IMG/VR virus record: IMGVR_UViG_3300025120_014607
Location: 1-49,635 of that record
Strand: one strand, 5' to 3'
DNA length: 49,635 nt
Source of the DNA: a virus
Lineage: Duplodnaviria > Caudoviricetes
Under the pieces are notes generated by a model. It saw nothing but the letters and a program-made list of their open reading frames with translations. It ran no database searches and was not told the origin of the DNA. Both the position numbers and the translations under genes were made by a program. Below are positions 38,689 through 47,355 of this stretch, piece after piece. How positions within the stretch are numbered: position 1 is the stretch's first letter; the number at the start of each line of letters is the position of its first letter.

Positions 38689-41133
38689 ATGATGGGTCTA
38701 ACCGATTTCAATTTAACGCCCAAAGCAAAAAAGGGACTTAAGGATTCTCAAAAATTTGCAGAGGCTAACGGGCATACTTTAGTAACAACAGCTCACTTAG
38801 TTTATGGTTGTATGATGAACATATCTGACAGTTGCGCTGTCAGGTTAAAGTCTTATGATCTCCATATAGTAGGAAAGAAATTTATTAAGTTGTTTAAAAA
38901 ATATGCAACTCAAAATAAAGAATATTTTCAAGCTTCTAAAGGCCAAGGAGGTTGGCATGAAGATGTGAATGAGATTATATTTTTTGCTAAAGATTTTTCA
39001 GACAACTTCGATAGTTACTTTATAGGCATCGAACATATTCTTTATACAATTTTGGATATGGAAGGTCATTTCGTAGAATACATGAAAAGTAATGGTATTG
39101 ATACGATACATGCGAAAGATATTATCGAGGCGTATATTCTTGAGAGTAGTATTCCTCTTGCAGATCCGATTGACTCTGGAAGATTAGACATAGAATCTAA
39201 ATTAAAATCTCACAGCGAGAAGGAGTTTTTAGAGGATTCTTTATCTTTATTGACAAAATATTGTGTTAATTTAAACGAAAAGTTTGTTACTCAAAAAACC
39301 TCTCTTATCTCTGGTAGAGATAGTGAGATACATGAATTAGTAGAGATTTTATCTAAAAAGAATAAAAGTAACGCTATTTTAGTCGGGGAGGCAGGTGTAG
39401 GTAAAACAGCTATAGTGGAGGGTCTTGTGCAAAAAATAATCAATCAAGAAAGCCCTCCTCACATGTCTTTAATGCAGATTTATTCTGTAGATATAAGCGC
39501 TATGGTGGCTGGCACAAAGTATAGAGGAGAGTTCGAGGAGAGGTTTAAATCTCTCATCGCAGAAGCAGAGAAAGAGGCTGGTATCATTTTATTTTTTGAT
39601 GAAATACATACAATAATAGGAGCAGGGAATTCTGAAGGTGCAGTCGATGCTTCTAATATGCTCAAGCCAGCTTTAGCGAGAGGAGATATTAAATGTATTG
39701 GGGCTACTACCTCTCAAGAATATAAAAAGTTTTTTGAGAAAGATACCGCTATGAAAAGAAGATTCGACAAAATCTTTGTCGAAGAGCCTTCTAAAGCAGA
39801 CACTAAAAATATTGTGATGAAAACGTTGCCTTATTATGAAGATTTTCATCATGTTAAATATAAAGAGTCAGACATAGATACTATTATCGATTTATGCGAT
39901 AAGTTTCTAAGTAACAAGCAGTTCCCAGACAAAGCTTTTGATATAATAGATCAATTAGGAGCTAGAACAAAAATAAAATACAATGAGATACCTTCTACTG
40001 TCGAGGAAGTAAGAACATCATTTTGCCAATTTTTGATGGGGACTACAGAGGACGAAAAGTTAGATGAAGAAGAATTTACTCTGATGCTAAAGAACTATTT
40101 GCAAGTGATGGCTCGATACACAGAGAAGAAAGGGAGAAAGCAAAATCTAAGACAAAAAGATATCCTTGCAGTTTTCGAAGAAAAGACAGGATTGTCTTCT
40201 AAAACAATAGCTAAAAATACTTCTTTCACAACCTTCTACAATCAGATGAACTCTGAAGTTTTTGGTCAAGAGAAGAATATAAAAGTGATACATAACGCAT
40301 TAGCATGTGTTAAGGCTGGTTTGAATGACCCCACAAAACCATTAAGCAACTTTTTGTTTGTTGGGTCCACAAGTGTCGGCAAAACATTTACAGCGAAGAA
40401 AATTGCGAAATACTTTTTTGGCAACGAAAAATCATTTTTGCAGCTAAACATGAGTGAGTATCAAGATAAAACAGGCATTTCTAAACTTGTGGGTGCTAAT
40501 GCTGGCTACGTAGGATACGAAGAAGGAGGTTTGTTAACTGAATACGTTAGAAACAACCCTAATTGTGTTGTGTTGTTTGATGAGGTAGAGAAATGCGAGC
40601 CGAAAGTCTTAGATATCTTACTACAAATATTAGACGAGGGGTATATCACAGACAACCTTAATAGACGTATAGACTTGAGCAAGACTATAGTAGTTATGAC
40701 TTCTAATGTCGGTTACAAAGAGAAAACAGTAAAGAGCATGGGGTTTGCTCCGCAAACAGAGGATGAAGATGAAATCTATAAAAGCTCTCTCAAAAAATAT
40801 TTTAGACCCGAATTGCTAGCTAGAGTAGATGAGGTGTTAGTCTTTAACGAATTAGGAGAATCCGAGTTGCTTAAAATTATTAGAACAGAATTATCGACTA
40901 TAGAAGATAGACTTTCTGAAAGAGGCATTGAAATTTCCATGAACAAAAGCGTAGAAAAACACATTTTAAATGAAATTAAAATGCAAAAAAATCATGCTAG
41001 ACAAATTAAAAGCGCAGTAAAGACTATTATACAAGTGCCTATCTCAAACTACATAGTAAAAAATAGAAATTTGGAAAAAATCACCATAAAAGTAGTTGAC
41101 AAATCGTTAGAATTTGATAAGATATCTACATGA
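38689..41133 (+). CDS. ClpA/ClpC-type double AAA+ ATPase
   Basis: Clp N-terminal repeat, GEAGVGKT, KYRGEFEER, FFDEIH, GSTSVGKT, GYVG pore loop, LFDEVEK, MGF loop. Confidence 0.92.
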   Translation: MMGLTDFNLTPKAKKGLKDSQKFAEANGHTLVTTAHLVYGCMMNISDSCAVRLKSYDLHIVGKKFIKLFKKYATQNKEYFQASKGQGGWHEDVNEIIFFAKDFSDNFDSYFIGIEHILYTILDMEGHFVEYMKSNGIDTIHAKDIIEAYILESSIPLADPIDSGRLDIESKLKSHSEKEFLEDSLSLLTKYCVNLNEKFVTQKTSLISGRDSEIHELVEILSKKNKSNAILVGEAGVGKTAIVEGLVQKIINQESPPHMSLMQIYSVDISAMVAGTKYRGEFEERFKSLIAEAEKEAGIILFFDEIHTIIGAGNSEGAVDASNMLKPALARGDIKCIGATTSQEYKKFFEKDTAMKRRFDKIFVEEPSKADTKNIVMKTLPYYEDFHHVKYKESDIDTIIDLCDKFLSNKQFPDKAFDIIDQLGARTKIKYNEIPSTVEEVRTSFCQFLMGTTEDEKLDEEEFTLMLKNYLQVMARYTEKKGRKQNLRQKDILAVFEEKTGLSSKTIAKNTSFTTFYNQMNSEVFGQEKNIKVIHNALACVKAGLNDPTKPLSNFLFVGSTSVGKTFTAKKIAKYFFGNEKSFLQLNMSEYQDKTGISKLVGANAGYVGYEEGGLLTEYVRNNPNCVVLFDEVEKCEPKVLDILLQILDEGYITDNLNRRIDLSKTIVVMTSNVGYKEKTVKSMGFAPQTEDEDEIYKSSLKKYFRPELLARVDEVLVFNELGESELLKIIRTELSTIEDRLSERGIEISMNKSVEKHILNEIKMQKNHARQIKSAVKTIIQVPISNYIVKNRNLEKITIKVVDKSLEFDKIST
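41096..41123 (+). promoter_or_regulatory. sigma70 promoter, probably leaderless
   Basis: TTGACA (41096-41101) - 16 bp - TAAGAT (41118-41123) with TGn extension; ATG 6 nt later. Confidence 0.72.
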
Positions 41134-41354
41134 AGAAAGTCAATATGCGAGTAATGAAAGCTATTCGTAATTCCAAAGGTCGCTTCTTTGGCCTTTACAC
41201 AAAGCAAGGCGAATCACTAAACGCCCAGCTTCAATCTGAAACAGATCAAACAATTGTTGTTTATGACCGCAATTTTAATCGTCAACGCCGATTCTCCAAA
41301 ACAAGCATTTTGGGAGTCAGAATCGCAGAAAAGAATTTTGGTAAGGTCTTCTAG
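41130..41354 (+). CDS. Small basic hypothetical protein
   Basis: 74-aa ORF with its own promoter and downstream terminator. Confidence 0.75.
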   Translation: MKKVNMRVMKAIRNSKGRFFGLYTKQGESLNAQLQSETDQTIVVYDRNFNRQRRFSKTSILGVRIAEKNFGKVF

Positions 41355-41403
41355 TCTTGCTGGATAAAATGGTCACCTAATGTTAGGTGGTTTGCTCATG
41401 ATC

Positions 41404-41437
41404 GAAACCCTCCCTTGAAAAAGGGGGGGTTTCTTTT
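41404..41437 (+). terminator. Rho-independent terminator
   Basis: GAAACCCTCCCTT-GAAA-AAGGGGGGGTTTC (13-bp stem, one G:U, GNRA loop) followed by TTTT. Confidence 0.85.
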
Positions 41438-41442
41438 ATTAT
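41415..41442 (+). promoter_or_regulatory. sigma70-like promoter embedded in the terminator
   Basis: TTGAAA (41415-41420) - 16 bp - TATTAT (41437-41442); ATG 41448 is 5 nt later. Confidence 0.6.
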
Positions 41443-41447
41443 AGTTG

Positions 41448-42512
41448 ATGAAGCTTTCTTCTATTTTTAAAGGCAAAGTCTACGCTTTCCCACAGACACA
41501 AGACCAACAACAAGATTTATCTTTCGCGAGTAAAGTTATTGAAAAAGTAGAACCTAAATTAGAGATAATTAACATCTCTGTAGGTAAAATTAATGATAAT
41601 TATGACACGTTTACTATAATAGATAAAAATCAAAAAAAATATAAATTAAAAATATCTTTGGATGATTCTGATGGTATCTTAAAAAAAGAAGCTTCTGTTA
41701 TAAAAAATACCAAGTCGCAAACTGTCCCTAAGTTTAAAAGTCATGGCCAAATTAAAATAGGAGAAAATATTTCTTATTTACTTACAATTATCCCACATTG
41801 TGAGAGTGTCAGAGATTACGGAAGATCATGCCTTATAGAAAATACGGATTTATTTTTTCGTAATTACTTTGATTTTCAATGCACTAAATCCGTTCGCCCT
41901 ACATATAAAACTTCATTAGATAAGTTTTTTAATAATTTAGATCCTCAAAACTATTTACCAAAAGATTCCCTCCAAGCATTTGAGAGTTATACAGATTATT
42001 CTTTATGCCGAGAATTTATGATGGAACTGAAAGAAGAGACACATGAATTGACCAAAAAAATACACCTTCCTTATAATTTTAAATGTCACGGCAATCTCTC
42101 TTTAGATAATATTTTTTTTGATAAAAAGATGTTTTATTTTGATGGTTTTGATTCTGTATATATGGGACATCCGTTTATTGATTTAATCGATTTGTTTTTA
42201 GAAATAGGGTTGTCTGAAGAAGACCAATACCGAATCTTATCTCAATTTTGTGTAGTTGGAGAATTACCTGAAGAAAGAGGCTATTTTAAATCTCTATATG
42301 AAATTCAACTTAGAAAAAAAATGGGAGATTTAATCTCTAATTACATAAAAGAAATTTATATTTACGATTCATATCGTTACGACAATATTTTGAATATAGC
42401 TGATGTTTTCTCTCATTGTTACGAGAGATTCTGCAAAGTAGAAACCTTCAATAAAAATAAAGATTTTATTATGAAAACGATCTGCGAGCCTATTTTTGGT
42501 GTAAAAGCTTAA
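41448..42512 (+). CDS. APH/choline-kinase-fold protein with altered catalytic motifs
   Basis: LKIS..LKKE..VPK; CHGNLSLDNI (HGDLxxxN equivalent); G.PFIDL. Confidence 0.7.
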   Translation: MKLSSIFKGKVYAFPQTQDQQQDLSFASKVIEKVEPKLEIINISVGKINDNYDTFTIIDKNQKKYKLKISLDDSDGILKKEASVIKNTKSQTVPKFKSHGQIKIGENISYLLTIIPHCESVRDYGRSCLIENTDLFFRNYFDFQCTKSVRPTYKTSLDKFFNNLDPQNYLPKDSLQAFESYTDYSLCREFMMELKEETHELTKKIHLPYNFKCHGNLSLDNIFFDKKMFYFDGFDSVYMGHPFIDLIDLFLEIGLSEEDQYRILSQFCVVGELPEERGYFKSLYEIQLRKKMGDLISNYIKEIYIYDSYRYDNILNIADVFSHCYERFCKVETFNKNKDFIMKTICEPIFGVKA

Positions 42513-42514
42513 GT

Positions 42515-43036
42515 ATGCCACTGCCATCACCTAGAGACGGAGAAAGGAAGTCTAAGTTTATGAGTCGCTGTATGGTCGATCTTACAGCTAAAGACGAGTT
42601 TACAGATGTTAAACAAAGGGCTGCTGTTTGCGCGTCTCAATTTGATAAAGCTGAAAGTAAAGCTTCTGTTGTCGTGCAAAATCCTTGGGATGAAAATGAT
42701 ATTTATTATCACTTTTTAAAGTCTAGTGAGAAAGAAATGGATCATTACTTTGATACAAAAGAAAAGGCTTTAAAAGACGCAAAAGAACTAGGTTTAAAAG
42801 GTTTTCATTCTCACAAGAATGATGACGGAAAAACTATGTATATGGCTGGTCCTGATCATAAGTCGTTTATGAAACGACATAATGAAATCTTAAAAGAAAA
42901 AGAATCAGAGAGTAGTCTTTGGGAAAACATCAGAAAAAAGAAAGAGAGAATTAAAAGCGGTTCTGGTGAAAAAATGCGTAAAAAGGGAGATAAAGGTGCT
43001 CCCACTCCTGATCAAATAAAAAAAGCTAAAGATTAA
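42515..43036 (+). CDS. Modular basic phage protein of unknown function
   Basis: PSPRDGE..KFMSRC..QRAAVC module; GFHSH module; terminal LWENIRKK..GEKMRKKGDKGAP module. Confidence 0.7.
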   Translation: MPLPSPRDGERKSKFMSRCMVDLTAKDEFTDVKQRAAVCASQFDKAESKASVVVQNPWDENDIYYHFLKSSEKEMDHYFDTKEKALKDAKELGLKGFHSHKNDDGKTMYMAGPDHKSFMKRHNEILKEKESESSLWENIRKKKERIKSGSGEKMRKKGDKGAPTPDQIKKAKD

Positions 43037-43075
43037 TTTGTGTAGAAAAAAAGCTTTAGTTGCTTAATATTCTAC

Positions 43076-43558
43076 ATGATTGTCCAGTATTACAAACCTA
43101 ATTCTAGTAATAAAGGTTGTGCTTTTAGCTTCGATATCGGAGCTAATAATAAGAACCAAGAACCATGTGTTTATATTCGTGCTGTAAAACAATATTCTTG
43201 GAACGATAAGACACGTACAGGTTCATTTTCTGAAAACGCTAAAGATCCAGATAAGTCTATTTCTATCAAATTAAATGAAAATGAAATTGGTGGATTTATT
43301 CATGCTATAGAAAAGTATACTGAATTTTCAGCCTTTCATTCTTACGAAGATAATAAAACTTCCATCTCATTCAAACCTTATCAAAAGAAGGACGGAACTC
43401 CTGCTTTCTCATTCGGGGTGACAAGAAATTCAGCTAACAAGTTTGGCATCGGAGTCGAGATGTCAGAAGCTTATAATCTTTTAGAATTCTGTAAATTCTA
43501 TCTTCAAGAGCTTTATATACATCGCTTGACCAAAAATAACAGCTTTCGAGATAAATGA
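43076..43558 (+). CDS. Putative Whirly/PC4-fold ssDNA-binding protein
   Basis: IKLNENEIGGFI..FSAFH..TSISFKP..DG..FSFGV..FGIGVEMSEA resembles the Whirly core. Confidence 0.5.
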   Translation: MIVQYYKPNSSNKGCAFSFDIGANNKNQEPCVYIRAVKQYSWNDKTRTGSFSENAKDPDKSISIKLNENEIGGFIHAIEKYTEFSAFHSYEDNKTSISFKPYQKKDGTPAFSFGVTRNSANKFGIGVEMSEAYNLLEFCKFYLQELYIHRLTKNNSFRDK

Positions 43559-45447
43559 GTAAAAAAAAGACTGTTTTAATACATTCTAATTTTTGTCGAG
43601 CTTATACAGGTTTCGGTAAAAATAAAAAAAATATTCTTCGTTACCTATACAATACAGGAAAGTATAATATCGTAGAATTAGCTAACGGAGTGCAATGGGA
43701 CGATCCTGTTACAAAGCTTTTACCTTGGGAGTGTCGAGGGTCTGGTCTCCAGCCTAACGAGTTACAAGGGTTAAGTGCTGAAGATCAAAGAGCGGAAGGT
43801 TATGGTCGCAAATTAGTAGATAAAGCTATTAAAGAATTCGAGCCTGATGTTTATATTGGCATGGAAGATATTTGGGCTTTCAGTTCTTTTCATACAAAAC
43901 CTTGGTGGAATAAAATCAATACAATGATTTGGACTACATTAGATAGTCTCCCCATCTTGCCTCAAGCTATTGAGTATGCTCCTAAAATCAAAAATTATTA
44001 TGTTTGGGCTTCTTTTGCAGAGGCAGCAATGAAGGACATGGGTTATAACCATGTGAATACTTTAAGGGGATCTTTAGATACGAGTAAATTTTTTAGGTTG
44101 AGCGATGAAAAAAGAACTTCCTTAAGAAAGTCTAATAATATATCTGATGAATTTATTGTTGGTTTTGTATTTAGAAATCAATTACGGAAAAGTGTCCCTA
44201 ATATGCTCGAAGGGTTTAAACTATTTAAAGAAAAAGAGCCAAAAGCAAAATTGCTATTACACACACACTGGTCTGAAGGTTGGGATATCCCTAGACTAAT
44301 TAAAGAAAAGGGTATCAATCCAGAAGATGTTCTCACTACTTATATTTGTAATAAATGTGGAGTGTATCATATAGCCCCTTTCAGGGGGCAAGAACTTACA
44401 TGCGCTTCTTGTGGCACAGAAAAATCTGTGAATACAACTAATGCAGGTAGAGGAGTAAGTGACTCTCAATTAAACGAAATCTACAATTTGATGGATGTAT
44501 ACTGCCATCCTTTTACAAGTGGTGGTCAAGAGATTCCGATTCAAGAAGCTAAACTCACAGAGATGATTACTTTAGTAACTAATTATTCTTGTGGAGAAGA
44601 TAGCTGTTCTGAAGAGTCTGGGGGTATACCTTTAGAGTGGAACGAGTATAGAGAGCCTGGGACTCAATTTATTAAAGCATCTACTTCTGCTGACGATATA
44701 GCTAAGAAGCTAGAGTTAGTTCGAGATATGGAGCGAGAAAAAAGGGTCACTATGGAAAAAAAATCTAGACAGTGGGTTGTAGATAATTTCAGTGTTGAAG
44801 TCATAGGCAAACAGCTTGAAGAGATAATTGATGAAATGCCTCCTGTAGATTACAATTTTGATTCTAAAGGATTGGATTATAATCCTAATTATCAACCTAG
44901 AAACGACTACGCTTCTCAAGGAGAGTTTTTAATTGACATCTACAAAAACATTTTGCACGATGATGTTGACGAAAATTCTCAAGGTTTTAAACACTGGATG
45001 AATCAACTACAATCTGGCAAAAGACCAGATGAAATTGTTAATTACTTTAAAAGGGTCGCTATACAAGAAACTCAAAAGTTGGAAACTCCAGCTTTAGAAG
45101 AATTGCTATCTAAAGAAGGAAGCGGTAAAAGAATAGCTGTAGTCATACCACAGAGTGAGGTGGATGTTCTATTAGTTAACTCTTTATTGAAAAACTTAAA
45201 GTCGCAATACAAAGAGTATAATATTTATATTTTCACTAAACCTGAATGTTACTCTTATATTGATGACAATCCAGCTATTTATAAATTACTTCCTTACAAT
45301 CCTGTGGTAGAAAACTCTTTGATTATGGAGGGCGTATCTGATCACGAAGGTTATTTCGATATGGTGTTTTATCCACACTCTACTACCCAAAAAAACGTAT
45401 CTTACATCCACAACGGGTTAGATAAACATGAATTTTCACTAAAATAA
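43555..45447 (+). CDS. GT4-like glycosyltransferase with Zn-ribbon insert, DUF4214-like helical domain and C-terminal GT9-like N-lobe
   Basis: TGFG, RNQLRK, CNKC..CASC, YNLMDVYCHP..GGQEIPIQEA; IYKNIL..D..GFKHW; IAVV..DVLL..LLKNLK..NP. Confidence 0.8.
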   Translation: MSKKKTVLIHSNFCRAYTGFGKNKKNILRYLYNTGKYNIVELANGVQWDDPVTKLLPWECRGSGLQPNELQGLSAEDQRAEGYGRKLVDKAIKEFEPDVYIGMEDIWAFSSFHTKPWWNKINTMIWTTLDSLPILPQAIEYAPKIKNYYVWASFAEAAMKDMGYNHVNTLRGSLDTSKFFRLSDEKRTSLRKSNNISDEFIVGFVFRNQLRKSVPNMLEGFKLFKEKEPKAKLLLHTHWSEGWDIPRLIKEKGINPEDVLTTYICNKCGVYHIAPFRGQELTCASCGTEKSVNTTNAGRGVSDSQLNEIYNLMDVYCHPFTSGGQEIPIQEAKLTEMITLVTNYSCGEDSCSEESGGIPLEWNEYREPGTQFIKASTSADDIAKKLELVRDMEREKRVTMEKKSRQWVVDNFSVEVIGKQLEEIIDEMPPVDYNFDSKGLDYNPNYQPRNDYASQGEFLIDIYKNILHDDVDENSQGFKHWMNQLQSGKRPDEIVNYFKRVAIQETQKLETPALEELLSKEGSGKRIAVVIPQSEVDVLLVNSLLKNLKSQYKEYNIYIFTKPECYSYIDDNPAIYKLLPYNPVVENSLIMEGVSDHEGYFDMVFYPHSTTQKNVSYIHNGLDKHEFSLK

Positions 45448-46589
45448 TGGCTCATTTAATTGAAGAATACGCAAAAAGTTTAGGTGTTAAAATAAGTGGT
45501 CCTGTCGTAAAGGATCATTATTTCCCTATTGGCTTCGATAAGTATATAACTATTCATCAAGCTTCTAATGTTTCCTCAAAAACTTATTCTCACTACGATA
45601 TAGTAGTTAGTCTTTTAAAACCTTTCCTAGAACGTGCAAAAATCAAAGTCGTACAGTTGGGGGGTTCTAAAAAAATAGAAGGGGTAGACGCTGCTTTAAA
45701 TATTTCTTTTAAACAACAGTCTTATATTTTATCTAAATCTCTAGTTCATTTGGGTTGCGATAGCGCTTTGGCCCAGCTATCCAGCTCTAAAAAATTACCT
45801 ACAGTCACTCTATTTGGTAATGTTTTTGCCGCTAATGCAAAACCTATTTTTTCTGATGAATCTATAAATGTATCATTAGAGCCGAAATGGGACAAAAAAC
45901 CATGTTTTAGTATCGAAGACCCTAAAAAACAAATTGACAGTATAAAACCTGAAGTTGTTGCTCAATCTGTTCTAAATTTTCTTGAAATAGAAAAAGAAGA
46001 TATTAGATTTAATACTAAATATGTAGGCTCATCATTCCAAAATCCTGTTATAGAAGTGATTCCTACTTCTTTTACTCCTTTAAGATTAAAATCTGGGCAA
46101 GAATTAATGATCCGTGCTGATTACGCTTTTGACGAGGATTGTTTTATGAAGTATTGTTCTTCATACCCTGTTACTATTTTCGCCAATAGTTTGATTCAAC
46201 CTCACGGACTGCAAAAAATAGCGAAAAATGTAAATAAATTTTATTTATTTTTAGATGAGAGTTGGGATTCTATTCCAGAAAACTACTTCGAAATACTAAA
46301 AAACATGGATATAGACTTGTCTATAATAGTCAAAAAAGAAGAGGAATTAAGTAACATAAGGAATAAATATTTCGATATTCCTGTGATACCTTACTACAAT
46401 GATAAAAAAGCTCCTTGTGAGCTTAGTGAGGATTCTAGATTTATGTCTTCCTTGAGGCTTGTCGAGGGGGGAAAAGAGTATTTAAGTCACGCACACTGGA
46501 AAAAAGGTCTTGACAGTAACAATAAAGTGCTTGATACTCCTGAATATTGGAGAGAATCAGACCATTTTTATATTTATGAGCGCGACTAA
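45447..46589 (+). CDS. GT9 (heptosyltransferase)-like C-lobe plus unknown domain
   Basis: YITIH, SKTY, VVQLGG, HLGCDSALAQL..LPTVTLFG, I..IKPEVV. Confidence 0.7.
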   Translation: MAHLIEEYAKSLGVKISGPVVKDHYFPIGFDKYITIHQASNVSSKTYSHYDIVVSLLKPFLERAKIKVVQLGGSKKIEGVDAALNISFKQQSYILSKSLVHLGCDSALAQLSSSKKLPTVTLFGNVFAANAKPIFSDESINVSLEPKWDKKPCFSIEDPKKQIDSIKPEVVAQSVLNFLEIEKEDIRFNTKYVGSSFQNPVIEVIPTSFTPLRLKSGQELMIRADYAFDEDCFMKYCSSYPVTIFANSLIQPHGLQKIAKNVNKFYLFLDESWDSIPENYFEILKNMDIDLSIIVKKEEELSNIRNKYFDIPVIPYYNDKKAPCELSEDSRFMSSLRLVEGGKEYLSHAHWKKGLDSNNKVLDTPEYWRESDHFYIYERD

Positions 46590-47355
46590 AACAGCAAAAA
46601 AGAAAACAGCAAAGAAATTCTATGGACCCGATGCGTATCAACGCAACGAGCATGGTTTATTAGAGAATGTGGATTATGTATTTAATGAGGATGGATCTAT
46701 TGATTGGAGGGCGATGATTAAGCCAGAGTTCTTGTATCCCAACAAAGGTTGGTTCGATGCACGAAATAAGCCATTGCCCACATCGACAGAGGGCTTAGAT
46801 GATAAGCAACTTCTAATTATGCTTGGAGGTATTAAGGAACTTGCCAAGATGCGTGGATACTACAAGGTAGCCTTTAAAACAGAGAATATCGCAGAAGGAT
46901 ATGTCACTGCTAAATGCACCATACAATGGACCAACAACTATGAATCAGCAGCTTGTGGAGTTTCTTACTCTGATGTAGCTAATGCGACCCTAGCGAATAC
47001 AGACGCTTTTTGTGCTAAGTTTCTCGAAACTATTGCTTGCAATCGAGCTTTTGTCCGTTGTGTCCGTAATTATCTCAATATCCACATCGTTGGAGCAGAT
47101 GAGATTGATAAGTCACAAGGGGTAGGTCAAGCAGTTGAGGCAGATGCTATAGCTACCGCTGTTACTCCTGTAGAGCTTCTTATGAAGACGTTAAGAGAAA
47201 AACATGGAGTAGATTCATTTGAGTCATGCAAAGACGTTCTGCGCGACTTGTGGAAGAGCGAAAAATATAGAAACGAAGGAGCTAAGACATGGAGTTCTTT
47301 TTCTGATATCCCAGCTAAAGAAGCCAGAAAGCTCATTGTCGCTTTGAATAAATGA
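46576..47355 (+). CDS. Putative Rad52/Sak-like single-strand annealing protein
   Basis: GGIKELAK, TAKCTI, ETIACNRAFVRCVRNYLNI (AxxRAxxR motif); likely start ATG 46576. Confidence 0.5.
   Translation: MSATKTAKKKTAKKFYGPDAYQRNEHGLLENVDYVFNEDGSIDWRAMIKPEFLYPNKGWFDARNKPLPTSTEGLDDKQLLIMLGGIKELAKMRGYYKVAFKTENIAEGYVTAKCTIQWTNNYESAACGVSYSDVANATLANTDAFCAKFLETIACNRAFVRCVRNYLNIHIVGADEIDKSQGVGQAVEADAIATAVTPVELLMKTLREKHGVDSFESCKDVLRDLWKSEKYRNEGAKTWSSFSDIPAKEARKLIVALNK

Noticed and set aside
41355-41444. Structured intergenic region as a tRNA or riboswitch
   Set aside because: No cloverleaf or T-loop motif; two hairpins are explained by a terminator plus promoter
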